A DNA stretch of 64,000 nt from Vicugna vicugna (Eukaryota): positions 7,502,302-7,566,301 of the forward strand of contig MU058065.1 of NCBI GenBank assembly GCA_013265495.1, given 5' to 3'. The position numbers and the translations under genes were made by a program. How positions within the stretch are numbered: position 1 is the first letter of the stretch; each line of letters begins with the position of its first letter. This document shows positions 13,600-27,172 of the stretch, piece after piece. The notes under the pieces are model-generated. The model searched no databases, had not been told where the DNA came from, and saw only the letters and a list, made by a program, of their open reading frames with translations.

Positions 13600-13740
13600 T
13601 TTTTTCTTACAGAAGGAGGAGCTGCATTTGAGATAGGTGAGGTAACTTGTCTGAGACTACAAAGCCAGCGAGTGGCAAAGGCAAGCCAGTGTACTTCCAG
13701 GCATCTGACTCAAGGTTCAGTCTTCTTGAATAACATCATC
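13600..13740 (-). mobile_element. MIR fragment
   Basis: 'ttacagaaggagg...gagataggtgaggtaacttgtctgagactacaaagccagcgagtggc...tctgactc'. Confidence 0.6.
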
Positions 13741-14532
13741 TTTCCATAGTCCACAGGTGAGTTTCTGCCAGAACTATGTTTGCTTGGTAGATTTTTTTTT
13801 TCTATTTAATGTCACTGATGAGCCAATGTGGAGAGGACTCAGTACACAGAGCCAAGGGACAGCAAGGCAGGAGATGAAGAGGGACCAGACTGTAAACACT
13901 GGTGAAGCAGAGGAAATAGTCCATTAGTCATACAGTTATGTCCAATGTCTTCAGCTCTGTGTTTTGTGAAGGAAGTTAGAAGACAAAGCAATCCTGGAGG
14001 AAGAACATGATGCTTGGAGGCTAGTCAAGCTGTGTTCACATCCCGGCACACTGACCGGCTGTTAGTGGGGGTCTCTTAATAACGCACTGACTGGCATTAT
14101 GAGAGAGCAAGGAAGAACCTTTTATAATTAATCCTTTACTTAAAGAGGTCAGAGAAAAGGACTTTGCCAACGTGATACATTCAGATCAGGGCAGATTTAG
14201 AATTAGAAACCAGCCTTCATGCCTCTTTTAATATGGTCGAAATAACAGACTCTTTCCTCAAAGGCTCCAGAGTCAAGCCTTGAAAACGGACACACTTCCC
14301 CATTTGTCAGTCTCATGTAGTGTGTTCTGGTGAAGTAACCCAGGCTTACCAAGCTGCAGACCAGACACAGGCAGTCATGGGAAGCCAGGAAGCACTCTCT
14401 CTTCTATTCTTGTGTTGAACTTCAATTGCTAATGCCTTGGTAGAAAGAATATTTTTCAAAAGGTTAGTTTTACCTTTTAATAAGTATATAATTGCTTTCA
14501 TGATGGTAAGTTAAGGGAAGCAGGTTAATACT

Positions 14533-15030
14533 CTCTACTAGCTGTCTATTGTTGCATCACAAATCCCTCCAAAACTTAGTGACTTAAAACAATAGACTTT
14601 TATCTAAATTTCTGTGTATCAGGAATTTGAGAGTGGCTTGGCTGGGTGGTTCTGGCTTGCTGTCCTTAATAAAGTTTCAGTCAAGTTGGGGCTGTGGTCA
14701 TCTGAAGGCTTGACAGGGGATGGGAAGATCTGTTTCTAAGATGGTGCACTCACAAAGCTCAGGACTGGAGACCTCGGTTCCTCATCATGTAGAGGTGAAG
14801 GGTCAGCTGATGGCCCCCAGAGAAAATGGTAAAGAGAGAGACCAAGGAGGAAGTTGTAATGTCTTTTATGACCCAGTCTCAGAAGCCACACACTACCATT
14901 TCTTCCATACTCTAATCTTTGGGAGTGAGTTACTAAGTCCAGTTCACTCTTAATGGGAGGAGATTTAAGCACAAAACTCTTGAAGGAAGAAATGCCAAGA
15001 ATTTGTGGACATGTATTAGGATCATCACTT
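14533..15030 (-). mobile_element. MaLR LTR (MLT1F/G-like)
   Basis: 'tctattgttgcatcacaaat...aaaacttagtgacttaaaacaa...tcaggaatttgagagtggcttggctgggtggttctggct...tcttttatgacccagtctcagaag'. Confidence 0.85.
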
Positions 15031-15164
15031 GCTCTACCAGCTTGAGCACTATTCATTTGTATGAAATTCCACCATTAGTAAACCCAAGAGAGATAAGGAA
15101 ATAAATCATTTCCATTTTGCAAACAATTTAAATTGATGCCAATTGCGAGTATCTGGAATGGCAC

Positions 15165-15322
15165 TGCCCAGGAATTGGAGGCTTAGGTTCTATTTTACAC
15201 ACTGCCCCTGGCACGCCATAATCCTGAGACATGTCATTTCTTCTGGGCCTCAGTTTCTTCTTTTGTAAAATGAGGTGCGTGGACTAGAAGATTTTTACTG
15301 CCCTTCTGGGCTCTGGCATTCT
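15165..15322 (+). mobile_element. MIR3/MIRc SINE
   Basis: 'ctgggcctcagtttcttcttttgtaaaatgagg...tggactagaagat...ccttctgggctctggcattct'. Confidence 0.75.
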
Positions 15323-16104
15323 CTCCCTGGATATCATCTATTAGATTTCCAAGTGCTCATTTATGAGGGTATCACTTGTGTGTGCTATCTGTCTCTACAT
15401 ACATATATATGTATATATTTAACATAGTTTTATATGTGTCTCTATATTTCAAAAGCCTATTTAAATACATCTTTTATGGCCCTTTAGTTTTAGAGGGAAG
15501 GTGAAGCTGTTTATGTTACATGAACATATTTTATTTGCCCACAGCAGCCAAAGCACAGCACGCTTTTTCTATAAATGGGGCATGATGGTGTTTTGTTATG
15601 AAATGCCTTTTGATGTAGGACAGCCACAGCCCAGTGACTTCCAAATATATTTCAGCCTACTGGAAAGAATAAAATGACAGATCTTTTCATGGCCATGGGG
15701 TCTCTGAACACATTTCCAGGAACTTGAGGCCATTTCCTAAATCCAAACAGAGGAACATTGTTTTAATGATTATAAATGTGTCCACTCAGCTTTGAGCAAG
15801 CTCCTCCCTCCTCCTGGTCCCTGCTCCTCATGTCTGAAGCTCAGCATGGATCAGTCAGCCTAGGTCACAGAGGAAGTGACATACCTGAGTATATTTTTCA
15901 AGACAGGATACTAACCCTTCACAATGTTCCACGCAACACCCCTGACCACTCCTAGGCCTCCATCTCATGTCCAAAATGCCTATTAATCAGGGGGGAGTCT
16001 CTGTTTCCCCCAATGGCTACTCACCTTTAGAACAAAATTCTAAGGGGAAAAAAATCTTATAAAACTAGTTAGAATAATTTAGGAATTGAAGAAACTAAGA
16101 GCTA

Positions 16105-16860
16105 TTGTTCTAAGTGCTTCTCCCCAACAGTCCCATTGTGCATGTACATCCCAGGGTATTGTTCACACAGGTCCAGAGGGGACTCTTGCTCAAAGTCTTC
16201 ACTGCAGTGGTGTTTGCAATAGTGGGAGTTAGATTCAGTCAGGTGCCTATCTGCAGGGAACAGCCAAGTACATGTAGTAGAAACAGGCTATGGGTACTGT
16301 GTAGTTATTAGAAGTGGATCAGTTATCTATTGCTGCATAACAAATTACCCCAAATTTAGCATCCTTTGGCTCAGTGTGTCTCACAAGGGGGCAACCAAGT
16401 GTAATCCAGAGCGCCAATCAGTTATCTCAAAGCTTAAACATACTGGGGGGAAGATTTGCTTCCAAACTCCCTCACAGGCTGTTGGCAGGATTCAGTTCCT
16501 CATACTATTGGACTGAAGGCCTCAATTCCTTGCTGGCAAAGTATATTGGTGGTTGTAGGTCAAGCTCACACTCAAGGTGAGGTGATTGTACAGAAGTATG
16601 AAAACTAAGACGCTGGAGCCATTTTAGGATCTGCCTATCACATGAAGCAAGAGATTTAATAATCACACAGCATTGAATACAATACTTAACAGAAAAAAGA
16701 TAAGAGAATAAAATGTGCAGCAGAATACAGTTTGTATAAATTAAAATACAGAGGAAATACGGCTACAAGTATTACAAGGATGCAAATAAACTCAAGGGTA
16801 TGTAACAATCACATCATATTGTTTGCCTGGCAGGCATGGAGAGTAGAAGAAAAATGAGGA
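16105..16860 (+). mobile_element. Old L1 (L1ME-like) ORF2 end and 3' UTR, split by an MLT1 insertion
   Basis: 'caaagtcttcactgcagtggtgtttgcaatagtggg' matches the L1ME ORF2 end; the element resumes after 16647 with 'cagaatacagtttgtataaattaaaata'. Confidence 0.6.
16315..16642 (-). mobile_element. MaLR LTR (MLT1F-like, internally deleted) nested in L1ME
   Basis: 'atcagttatctattgctgcataacaaattaccccaaa...ctgttggcaggattcagttcct...ctgcctatcaca'; 5-bp TSD agaag / tgaag. Confidence 0.8.
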
Positions 16861-16994
16861 TAAATACCTATATAAATCCAGAGTGATGTCTCACAGACAC
16901 AGAAGAAAGTGGTGGACTAGAAACTCAGGACCAAGTTCAACTCTCTGCACTTGAGGTTCAAAAGAAAGGAAAAGGAAAGTAACAAAACTCCCAC

Positions 16995-17150
16995 CCTAGG
17001 ATTTTGCTAAAAATGCAAATTGCAGCATCTTTACAAGAGATTCTGATTCCATGTGCTGGAGCCAGACCAGAAATCTGCACTTTATGCGGTGCCAGAAGTC
17101 CTTCTGATATAGATGATGGTCCACAGATCATCCTTTGAGAAACGCTGCTG
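16995..17150. mobile_element. MER5-family hAT-Charlie MITE
   Basis: 'taaaaatgcaaatt...agagattctgattcc...gaaatctgcacttt...ggtccacagatcatcctttgagaaacgctg'. Confidence 0.75.
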
Positions 17151-18028
17151 TGGAAGGATGGTTTTCAAAGGTACTGCTGGTAGCACCAAAGTTTGTAGCT
17201 AATCTCAAATTTGTAACCACAGATTTCATGCAGCCACCTGAGGGTAATTCACCATTACCTGTTGATACTCCTAAGGCTCTAGTTCACAATTCACTGACTC
17301 TAGAACTTGTCTTCCACATAAGGCAGATCCTAAGACCTAGGAGGCAAAGTTCAGGAAGGGGTCAGGACAGGAGTTTGGGGAAGATTTCTCTGATTGACTG
17401 CTACAAGAAAACACACCCCAAGGCTGGATTAGGTATCTACAGAAAAGTCTCTCATAAGGCACTCACCCCACAGTGAGATCTGAGGTATGTGCTAATAAAA
17501 TTAAAGTGAGAACTTTTAGGTCCTCAGGAATTAGACTGCCTAAAATGCAATCCCTGTAAAACATTTTCCTTATTTGGAAAATATAAAAGGTTACATGAGT
17601 ACATTGACAGGAGAAAATGTGATGAGGTAATGACAAATACCTCACAGGATCTATCCAAAGGAGGGTGGGGAGTCCTGATGTCACAGGGAAGGGGGACTTG
17701 AGAGGTTGCAGGTATACTTAGGTAGATCCATCCTTATAGGAAAAGGTATGTCAGACCACAAAAGTTTGCCAAGTACTTCTAGTGACCAATAAGTTGTTCT
17801 TTCTCTATTTTTAAATTCCCTAAGTAACTTTTTGATCTCTGTATACTTTGTTCTCCACATATGGACTGAAAAATTTCAATGTGAGGGGCACATAAACTTT
17901 TAGAGTTATTTATATCCTAGTCTTAATTTTTCTATTGGATTTCAAGTCTAGTGAGAGTACTCTGATTAACAGATTAATGCAAACAAAGTACATTAATGGT
18001 TTCAGAAGTTGTCTCTAATGGTAAGAGC

Positions 18029-18490
18029 TGTCATGGTTTTTGATTCCTCCTGAAACAGGAATTCAGGTACGAGTAGATTATTTAGGAGGTGATCCCAGGA
18101 AACACGTGTAGAAGAGTAGATAGTAAATCAGGGAACGGAAGGAAGCTGCTAAAAGGCACACATCAAACCAGTTACCATTAAGGACAACTCGTGTTAGAGC
18201 CTGAGTGGGAACTCTCTGAGAGACAACATAGATTCTGTACAGTCCATACATAGAATGTACTTCAGAGTTATTCCAAACAAGGGGAATCCATTCACTAACT
18301 CTTCAACTGTCATTGGTTGAGGGTTGCTTCCTGAGAGATTAAGTCTCAGACACTTTTGGTCTGTCCTTTATGGGAGCTAAGCCTGCTCTCATGACTGTGC
18401 AGGATCACAGATGTTTTCCATAAACAGCTCTGAGACTGTAGAGATGAATACCAAGGGGATACAGATGGGCTTTCAACAATATCTGCTAAA
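18029..18490 (-). mobile_element. ERVL solo LTR (LTR33-like)
   Basis: 'gagtagattatttaggaggtgatcccaggaaacac', 'gtcattggttgagggttgcttcct' and the terminal 'caacaatatctgctaaa' match the LTR33 reverse complement. Confidence 0.85.
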
Positions 18491-18499
18491 ATAGATCAA

Positions 18500-18705
18500 G
18501 TGTGCTACATGCTTACAGGATTCCATGCAGTAGATTAAATGTGTATCATCTCACTTAATATCTGATTACTCTTCCTCATTTCCCAGATCAGGGAACAAAT
18601 GTAGAGTGAAAGTGACTTGCTCATGGTCACACAGTCAGCTAATGGTATAGCTGGAATTTGAACCATACAGGTGGTCTTTAGAATCCATGCTTTTGTTCAC
18701 TGCAG
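18500..18705 (-). mobile_element. MIR SINE
   Basis: 'aagtgacttgctcatggtcacacagtcagctaatggtatagctggaatttgaacc'. Confidence 0.8.
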
Positions 18706-19429
18706 TCTACTGGATCCCAGAACAGTTTATATGTAGTTGAGAGAATAGAAATAGATTTCAAGATGTGGGTGTAAAACCCAACTGCTTCACAAAGTACAGA
18801 TAAGATTTCAGTTTGAGATACAGCACTGGTATTGAAGTATGAACATGTAGATGGAGTTCAAAAATCATCAACGGTCCTGACTAACTGAAATATAAATCAC
18901 AGGTAGTTAAGGGTAAGCAATATTGGGGAGGATTTTGAAGGCCAAGGTTAGGAGTTTACACACTGAGCAAAAAGGAAATATTGAGACTTTTTGAGCAAAA
19001 GCATGGCAGGAGGTAGGCTTAAATAACAGGCAAATGTGCTTATAATACAAACAGTGTTAAGAGAGTAACACTGAACAGGAAGCAATGACTTGGCTGGGTT
19101 GAACAAAATAGAAGGAAAGATGGAAAACCAAGTAAGAGCTGTGGCAATAATTTAGGAATTTGATGATACATCTTTCAGAGAGACAAAGTCAATGCAAAAG
19201 GAACTTGGCAAGAAGAGCCACTCTAACTATAGACTTCTGGACCAGGTCATGGACACTGAATGTTTAATGTATCCCAGATTTTGGCATCATTATTGGAGTA
19301 TGATAATGGAGAAAAAAAATCAATGAATGATGGTTTCTTGAACCAATTCACCATGCCATTTATAGTTGCTGATCAGCCTGAAATATACTATACTAATTGG
19401 CTAGCTGATGCATTGTCTTTCTGGAAAAG

Positions 19430-20402
19430 GACTCTTCTCACTCTCCTTTTGATAGCTGTTCTTTCTATTCTGGAACCCTCAGTGTACACCTGGTCCAAGA
19501 TTCTACATTCACCTTTGGCCTAGATATCTTAATCTCAACTATGCCTTTTTCCTGATGACTTTCAAATTCATGTCGCCAGAACCCATATTTTTCCTTGAAC
19601 ATCATCTCCAACTGTAGGTTAGGTATCTCTACCAGAATATTCCACCAGCACCTCAAACTCATCATGTCTTAAAACCGAGTTTGTCACATTCTTTGATAAG
19701 CAAGTTTGTTTTCCTAACTTTCCAATTGATATTAATGATCCCATCATTCCTCAACTTGCCAAGGCTTAACACTTGACATTGTATTGGACTCCTTGCCAAC
19801 TGTTCACTCCATCTAATTATGTCAAAACCTTGTTGATTCTACCATTAAAGTATCTCTTAAAATTGGTGGAGTCCTCTCTCTTCACACCAGTATAGTACTG
19901 TACAATACATTTCAAAGTTTCATCACCTACTGGGAATATTCTCACTTCTTATACTGTCCTCTCTGTAAATAAATATGGCCCCATCCTTACAGTATTTTAC
20001 TATATGTTTACCTATTGTAGCTATCTTATGATAATAATAGCCAAAAGCAATACTAGGTGCCAGGCATTGGTCCTAAATGCTTTACATTCATTAATTCCTC
20101 TAATCTTCACAAAAACCCTTCAAGATACAGACAATTATTAGCCACGCTTTATAGATGCAAAAACTGAGGTACGAAGAGGTTAAGTGACTTCCTCAAGATA
20201 ACCTAAGTAAATGACAGGGACTGGTTTTGAATCCGGGTCTCTGTCTCTCCAAGGAACAAAGGGTTACATTGAACCTCTTGGCTTCTTTTCTAGACTTTCA
20301 ACTCCTCGAAGCAGGGGTTGCTCTTTATAACTGTGCGACTTCTGCACAGTGCCTTACTAATAGCAGCTGATACTTGATGTATATATGTTTTGCACGAATG
20401 AG
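19430..20402 (+). mobile_element. Fragmented L2 (RT region to 3' tail) interrupted by a MIR
   Basis: 'ctgatgactttcaaattcatgtc...cacctcaaactcatcatgtcttaaaaccgag' is the L2 RT end; the tail 'tagactttcaactcctcgaagcaggg...cacagtgcc' lies at about 20290-20400. Confidence 0.7.
20030..20255 (-). mobile_element. Near full-length MIR
   Basis: 'gtgccaggcattggtcctaaatgctttaca...tttatagatgcaaaaactgaggtacgaagaggttaagtgactt...tttgaatccgggtct'. Confidence 0.9.
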
Positions 20403-22289
20403 GCTCCTGCTTGATGGTAGAGTTCAGGGGAATATGAAGCTGGAAGTCATTTGTTCCTGCTGTTCCTGTAGAAGGGAGACCATACCTAATTCAGTTTGAT
20501 GACAGACTTTAACCAGACCAGATCCTTTAAGTAGTCCCTGGCTAGGGTAGAAATGACCCAAGAGAAATCAGGCTGCAGCCTACATGAAATCAGACATTGG
20601 GCTCAAAGCATGTGCTAAGCTCTGCCTCTCCCTTCAATCTTGTTTCTACTGGGCTTACTTTGCTGCACACCTGGAAACTCATATTCTTCCCAACCTAAGA
20701 AAAGAAGAGTCAGAATTAGACTTAAAAACACAGAGTGCATAGCGTGAGAGTGCTTGCTAATGTAGGTGGGGCAGAAGCTCTCTAAGAAGCCCGATAAAAT
20801 TACTTTTTGGCTGGATGAGCTTGCAAACCCCTTCTTGAGGCTAAGCAGTGCTATTTCATGCCTTTACAGCAGGCATTTTCTCCCTGAAAAATCAATGACC
20901 CAAGAAAGCAGTTGGTGGTGGGAGGAGGGGGAGTCTCTGAGCTAATCCTTGAGGTTGAGGCAGAAACATGACTGCTGTGGATTCAGCCTGGGGAGATCAA
21001 GGGGAAGCATGACTACTCTGTTTGGAGAGGCCCATCTTCAGTTGGCACCATTCTGAGCACTCAAGTTTCCTGTCAATAAGCACTCTACGGGGGAGATAAG
21101 TGGATTTGGAGCTGAAGATGGGAGGAGGGTGTCTGGGAAAGAATAAACACATTATCTGAGCCCCTCCACCAAGCCTCTTTACGAAATGCTCAAGGACTCA
21201 GACCATGTGTTTGGCAGAGGCTGGTGGGAGGGAGAGAGACTCTCTCCACCCCTGTGAGTGAAGCAAGCTGCAGAGATCTGGCCTAATAATGATAGACAAC
21301 ATCTGAAGACCATACCTCTGCGGCTTGCTTCTTTGCCCACAGGGGTGCCAGGTACTATGCTATGGCATTATTAGCCATTTGACCACCATGTTCACATCAA
21401 GACTAGAAATAATTGTCCTCTTACAAAAGGAAATCATGTACATTCATTTTAGAGGGGTAGGTGACAATATTCTGCAAAAGGGAAGGTGAAAACAAATACT
21501 TGGAAAAGTTTACCATGTTTTCTTCTATAATGGCATCCCTTCCCTACACATTTTTAAAGCCAAGAAGAGTCCTTCCTAAGAAATTATTGGAGGAAAGATA
21601 AATCAAGGCACACTCAGTTCCCAAAATATTAAATCATTCATTAGTGGCTTTGTGTTATTAAGCATGGCCTCCCTACAGAGTACAGGCCAAGGAAACAAGT
21701 GCTAGTACTCAATTTTGAAGAATATAGTTCTGAAAAATAACATATTTAGTTAGATTTCCCTACAGAGCAACTCAGGCATTCCCAAATCCTCTAGAAGAGC
21801 CTTGTGCTTTTAGTAACATCATTGGCTGATTATAAAATCTTTAAATAAATAAATGTGTAGCTTTGATATATATTTTATCACAGAAACAGCTTCCTACTTC
21901 TAGCGCATTCCTTCTCCTGACAGATTTGCTGATAGGATGCATGCACACGCCATTTTGTTGCTCTTCATCCTACGTTACCCTTTTTCTACATATTTTATGA
22001 TCTGGCAGCCACCTATAACTCTGGTTTTAATATCTGTTATCTGACCCCTTCTTCTGCCAAACAACCCTCCTCTAGCATCCTAGGGTGAAGACATTCTTTC
22101 CTTCCAGTGATATGGTATTCTTCTGCTAGAGAATCAGTTGTCCTCTCTCATGGCATTTTCATTGAAGATGTGGGATGTCCTCTGTCACATTCAACTATTC
22201 TTCCTTCTTATATTTCTTATAGTCTCATAATTCCTTATCTTTAATCATACAACTATTTTTGCCTGGACTTTTTCTCGTGCAGCTCCACC

Positions 22290-22560
22290 ATAACATGCCC
22301 CAAACTGAACTCACATCTCTTAATTTCTTCAGTTCTTCCTCCACCCTGCCCTTATCACTCCCAGCCTCAGACTTCTCAGCTCAGTGAATAACACTGTAAT
22401 GAAATCTGCTGCTGAAATAAAAGCATCAAAAATAGATATACCTCTTTCCCTTATCTTTCTAGATTCCTCAATCACTGCAATCACTCACAGCTACTTCCTA
22501 ATTTTTTCCCTCTCCTTCCTAGTTCTTGTTTCCATCATCTCCGCTGGACTATGGCTGCAG
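22290..22560 (+). mobile_element. L2 fragment
   Basis: 'aacatgccccaaactgaactcac...ctcagtgaataacact...ccatcatctccgctggact'. Confidence 0.55.
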
Positions 22561-23749
22561 ACTCACAATATGCTACATTACCCTCAGAGTGGGTACCATA
22601 AAACAGGAACTTCTACTGAAGTCTCACAACTAGCCTACTCGCCATCAATATCCCAACACCACGCCTTTCCCCTGCCTGGCCCCAGATTGGTATAAGTAGA
22701 AGATGGAAACAGTAGAGGAAAGAATCATTTTGATGACTTGCAGGCTGACTAGGGACTGAAATATATTCCTCTTACATAAGCCAAGTGAAGGGCTTACCAA
22801 GAGAATCTCTCTTAGAAACTCTGGATGCCCCCAAAATAAAGGCTGGAACCCCAGTCCCCCATTAAAGGTTTGCCTGGGTAGCACACTTGATGAACTTGTT
22901 GAATTCCCTGTATGCATTCTTCCAACTCCCACCCACACCCCAGCAGAGAAAAAGAGATCTAGATAGAAAAGGGGAGAGTCTGCACTCCCTCCTTGCATGC
23001 TGGCATGGAGACATGAGATTTCTTTGGGTCAAAAGGACAGAATGGAACTGGGTATGTGCTATCTGGCTGTCTTTTCCATTTCTCCATTCAAGGTGGGTGG
23101 CCAACGTACCTTAGCACCCAGTCACGATAGGAAGTCACTCTGTAGGGGCAGGGGAAAGTGCTTCTGGAAAAAAAAAAAAGAGCTAAAAACTAATCTCTCC
23201 AAGTCAGACAACTGATATGAATCTCCTTTCTCTGAAAGGGTCAAGAAAGCATTAGTGTGCTGGCCAGTGGAAGGTATCCACTATCAGCCACATTAGCCAG
23301 AAAGGCAGAAACAGCCAGTGGAAAGAGTACAACAGAGGCTACTTAGCAAGATGCTCTTTATTTCCTTTTTCTTTCATTTCCAACATCTTGCATGGGCTAG
23401 AGCCTTGAAGAGTGAGGGGAATGCTTTGACCTTGCACTGACTATTCCCCTACACCAGCCCCTAGGATGGGGAGCAGAAAAGAAGTGAAAGAACTGACATC
23501 TCTCCTTCTGGTATCCTCTAACCACAAAAAGGGAAGAGGATTATTTCTAATAACTGAAAATGATCAAAACCTGACCACCAGGAAGCTGAGTCCAAGATGT
23601 CATTACAAGGTCAGCAAGGCATGCCTGAAGGCAGTGCCTGGGGAAAACACCCCAAAACTACTTCATGTTTGCAGCCACTGAGTAGAGAATGTCCAAAAAA
23701 TGAGTTGTCATAATGACACGCAAGTCCCATCATGTCATTCTCCTGATGA

Positions 23750-24210
23750 AAAGTTCCCAGTGACTCCTTATTCCCTACCCTACAGGATAAAAATGTACTG
23801 TTTGGATGACTCACAAGGCCATTTGTGATCAGGCACCTTTTGCCTCCATGGTGTCATTTACCCCTTAATTTTAGGTTTGACATTTGCAATTATCCCAGTG
23901 TGTCAGGCCTCCCATCCCTCTGCATCTTTGCAAACACAGCTTTCTCTACCAGGAGAGAGCCCTTTCCCAACCTAATCTATAAAGGAAATTCCACTAAGTC
24001 TTGGTTTAAGCGTGATTTCTTCTATAAAGCCTTTCCTAATACTTGCAGAAAGAATTACTTATTTTTTTTCTACCATGTTCCCATTGTACACACAACTCAA
24101 TGATCATATTGAGTTACTTCTTAGGGCAGTAATTGTGTGTCTGTCTTCTCACTAGACTCCAAGTTCTTTGAAGGCATCAACTGTGTTCTCTCTTACAACC
24201 CCATGCCTGG
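23750..24210 (+). mobile_element. L2 3' region
   Basis: 'cctacaggataaaa...cacaaggcc...aagcctttcct...tgtgtctgtcttctcactagactccaagttctttgaaggca'. Confidence 0.75.
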
Positions 24211-25300
24211 GTGGGAGGGGTGTGATTTAAAAAACAAATCCAGAGCCAGGGCCAAGAACTAACCAGACACTGTGAAATTTGCTTCAAAGAGATTGCTGTA
24301 AGTCTATTGATGTGGTCTTTGGGCTGAAGAGTCAAAATCTGACTTTATCTGCTGGGGTTCTTTCTGTTAGATATGTTAGATATCTCTCCCACAGTCTAGC
24401 TGACCCTGAACCCATAACTTTAGTTAATTTTAAAAGGCCTATACCCACCCTGACACCACAAACTCTCATCGCACCACAGCAAAGTCTCAGTTGTCTGTAA
24501 GAAGTCAGTTTCCCCACGTCTCTGACCAGTGCCTGTTTTTGATATTGTCATGATAAGACACATACAACTCACTTATTACACATTGTCTTTGGTTGTCTCT
24601 CCCTGGGTAGAAATCCAGTTTCATTTAGATGATGACCCTGTAGAAGGCAGGACTTACTTTGCTTTGTATTCCACATGGTAGAGACATGTTTAATTTGGTG
24701 AGTGGCTTTTTGAAGTCTGACGTGGGCCAGACACTGCAGAGTGGCAGACATCAGAGGAAACACCCTTGGTCTCTGCTCTAAAGTGCTTCAGAGAGGCTGG
24801 TCCTTCTCTATCTTGGAAGGTTGTTTTCTTTGACCTTGAAGAAAGCTCCGGAGAGGGCCGGGGGAACACTGAGGACAGAGAGAGGTGCCAAAGCAGCTGC
24901 CCAGGTCATCAGGGGAACCAACCCTGCAATCCCTGGGATGACAAAAGTCCCATCGAAATTATCCTTACAGACTCTTTGGGTTCCAGCCCTTCAGACCCTT
25001 TTCGTCTGCCACACTCAGTTTTGACTACATAGCAACTGCCCCAAGAATGTGAAATAGTAGAAAGAGATGGGCCTTAGAATCAGAAATGATTGAATTTAAA
25101 TTCAATTTAGTCTAAACTGAGCTCCTTAGATTTGGTCACTTATTTTTCCTATTAAATGTTGATTAGGTTGACCAGCCTTTTATAGTCCTTTTATAAATAC
25201 AGGAGGTTGTTGGGATCAAGGCATAATGTTCCAGATCACTTCCTTGCCTTTCCCCGTGGCCTGATAGGCTGCTGCCCCTACCACCAGCACAGATTTTCCC

Positions 25301-25301
<1 letters not shown>

Positions 25302-25335
<34 letters not shown>

Positions 25336-25365
25336 TCTCTCTCTCTCTCTCTCCCTCTCTCTCTC
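25302..25365. repeat. Compound (CA)n(CT)n microsatellite
   Basis: Direct reading. Confidence 0.95.
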
Positions 25366-26279
25366 CTAGTGGGCCCTTTCTCTCACTTCTCAAGTAAACC
25401 CTCTCATTTTCCCTGAAATGATTCCTCTCCCATCACTATCTCTCAAAAATCTTACTAAATTGCAACAACATTTTAAAAGCTTTTGTTCCTATAAATGAGA
25501 TTTCAGGCCTCTGAGGTTCTTTATCGCCATAATCAATGTTTCTGGAATTCTAAATATAAGTAAATCTGGCTTTTTATTTCTGTAGACTTGGGAATAGAGA
25601 AGTGCACATCTAGTCTATACACACAGAGACCATGCACATGTGAATTTGTGTGTTTGCGTATCATATGTGTTTGTGTATGTAGACACTATACATCTAACAA
25701 ACACAAAGTGGAAATTACTTTCTATTGCTCCTTTACTCCTGCTCTAGCCTGAGACAAAAGTTTTGCTTCCCTCCCTCTTGCTGACATCTCCCTCTCCCTC
25801 CTTTCATTCTGGCTTTTTGCATTTTTACTCCCCTCCTTCACTCTCTACCCCCCTCAACTCATTCTTTAAACCTAGTTTTATCCGGACCCTCTTAAGGAAT
25901 TGCACCGTGATACTCTGAGAGCAGAGACCTGGCCTCCAGGCTAAACGCTGGTGTGTCTTTTAGTTACTAAGGACATAAATCTTCCCCTTAGTTCTCTCTC
26001 AGGGATTATTTAAATTGGTCAGATTGAGAATCCATCTATTTCTTTAAAGCCCAACCCATGAAGAGCTGTTAACACAACACAAGAGTTTAAGGCATTAAGC
26101 GTGTACCTGCAAGTACTTTGCCGTCTTGGTTCTTCATTTCCTCCCCGCTGGGAGTGCTCTCCAGTAGACTGGGGGACAGGGGAGAGAGCAGAGCCTAAAT
26201 AAGCTGACCTATCTGGAAAAGCACTCCTCTCCATCTTTGCCATGTTAATAAAGCTTAGCTCAGGGAGAGATGTGGAGTC

Positions 26280-26680
26280 CTTCAAGAACAGGCTCCGCTA
26301 AAACAATCGAGGAGTGTGTAAAACACAGCTCAGGCCCCTCGTGCCGGGCTGCAAACTGACGTCACCTCATAAATCCATGGGCTCTGTTCTTGGCCCCAGT
26401 CTGCGAGGTACAGCCTGGACTCATCAGCAAGCTGCTTTTTCTGAAGATTAATTATTTGTTCAGACAGAGGTCATATGGAGGGTCTTTAAAAGATTGCTTC
26501 AGTGTTTTGCCCCGCCCCCTCTCATCTGGGTAAAAGAAAGTGGACTTCTCTGTGCAGACAGGCTGTGGAAATAACACAGTGTACACAGAGGCCGAAGCAG
26601 AAAGGACTGGGGCGTTGTTTGACCTGCACTGCCCTTTAAAGGGGAGAGACTGAGAGGCAGGGAAGTGAAGGGGCACATCC
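26280..26680. promoter_or_regulatory. Candidate enhancer or promoter-like element with a full CRE and a GC box
   Basis: TGACGTCA at 26357-26364 and GCCCCGCCCC at 26509-26518; locally retained CpGs in repeat-free sequence. Confidence 0.45.
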
Positions 26681-27172
26681 TTGGGTTCTTCTTATCTTAC
26701 TGCCCTAAGGTCATAGGTTTCCAACTGTCCAGAGTGGGGTCTGTGGTCAGATTGGAAATGCAATGAATTGAGAAGGGCACAAGGTTTGGGGAAGCCACCC
26801 GACAGCGGGGCAGCTGGAAGTGCCCGCATCCAAGGAGGCCTGGACGCTGTTGGAGGCCTCAGATCTTCCCAGGGCATCCTGGCATTGTCCCATCAACCAC
26901 CTTGATCTCTCCCTGGGGAATCTTTTAAACACACCTGAAGGAAGGACAGCACTCACTTAGCAGAAAGCAGAGAAGAGGAGAAAAGGCTGACGTGTAGCAG
27001 TTGTCCAATGCCTGAGAGCTTCCAGAAGGATAGCAAAGGCTGGGTCCACTGAGGGCAAGATAATGGGAAATGGATTTTTTTTTCTCTAGGAAAAAGAGAC
27101 AGGAAGTGATTAAACTGGAGTTGGCCAGAAAGTTACTAAAATTTTGTTCACAAATTTTAGGAGAGTGGCAAG

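Noticed and set aside
13411..13740. Adjacent inverted MIR pair as a possible dsRNA stem
   Set aside because: The copies are too diverged for extended pairing by eye
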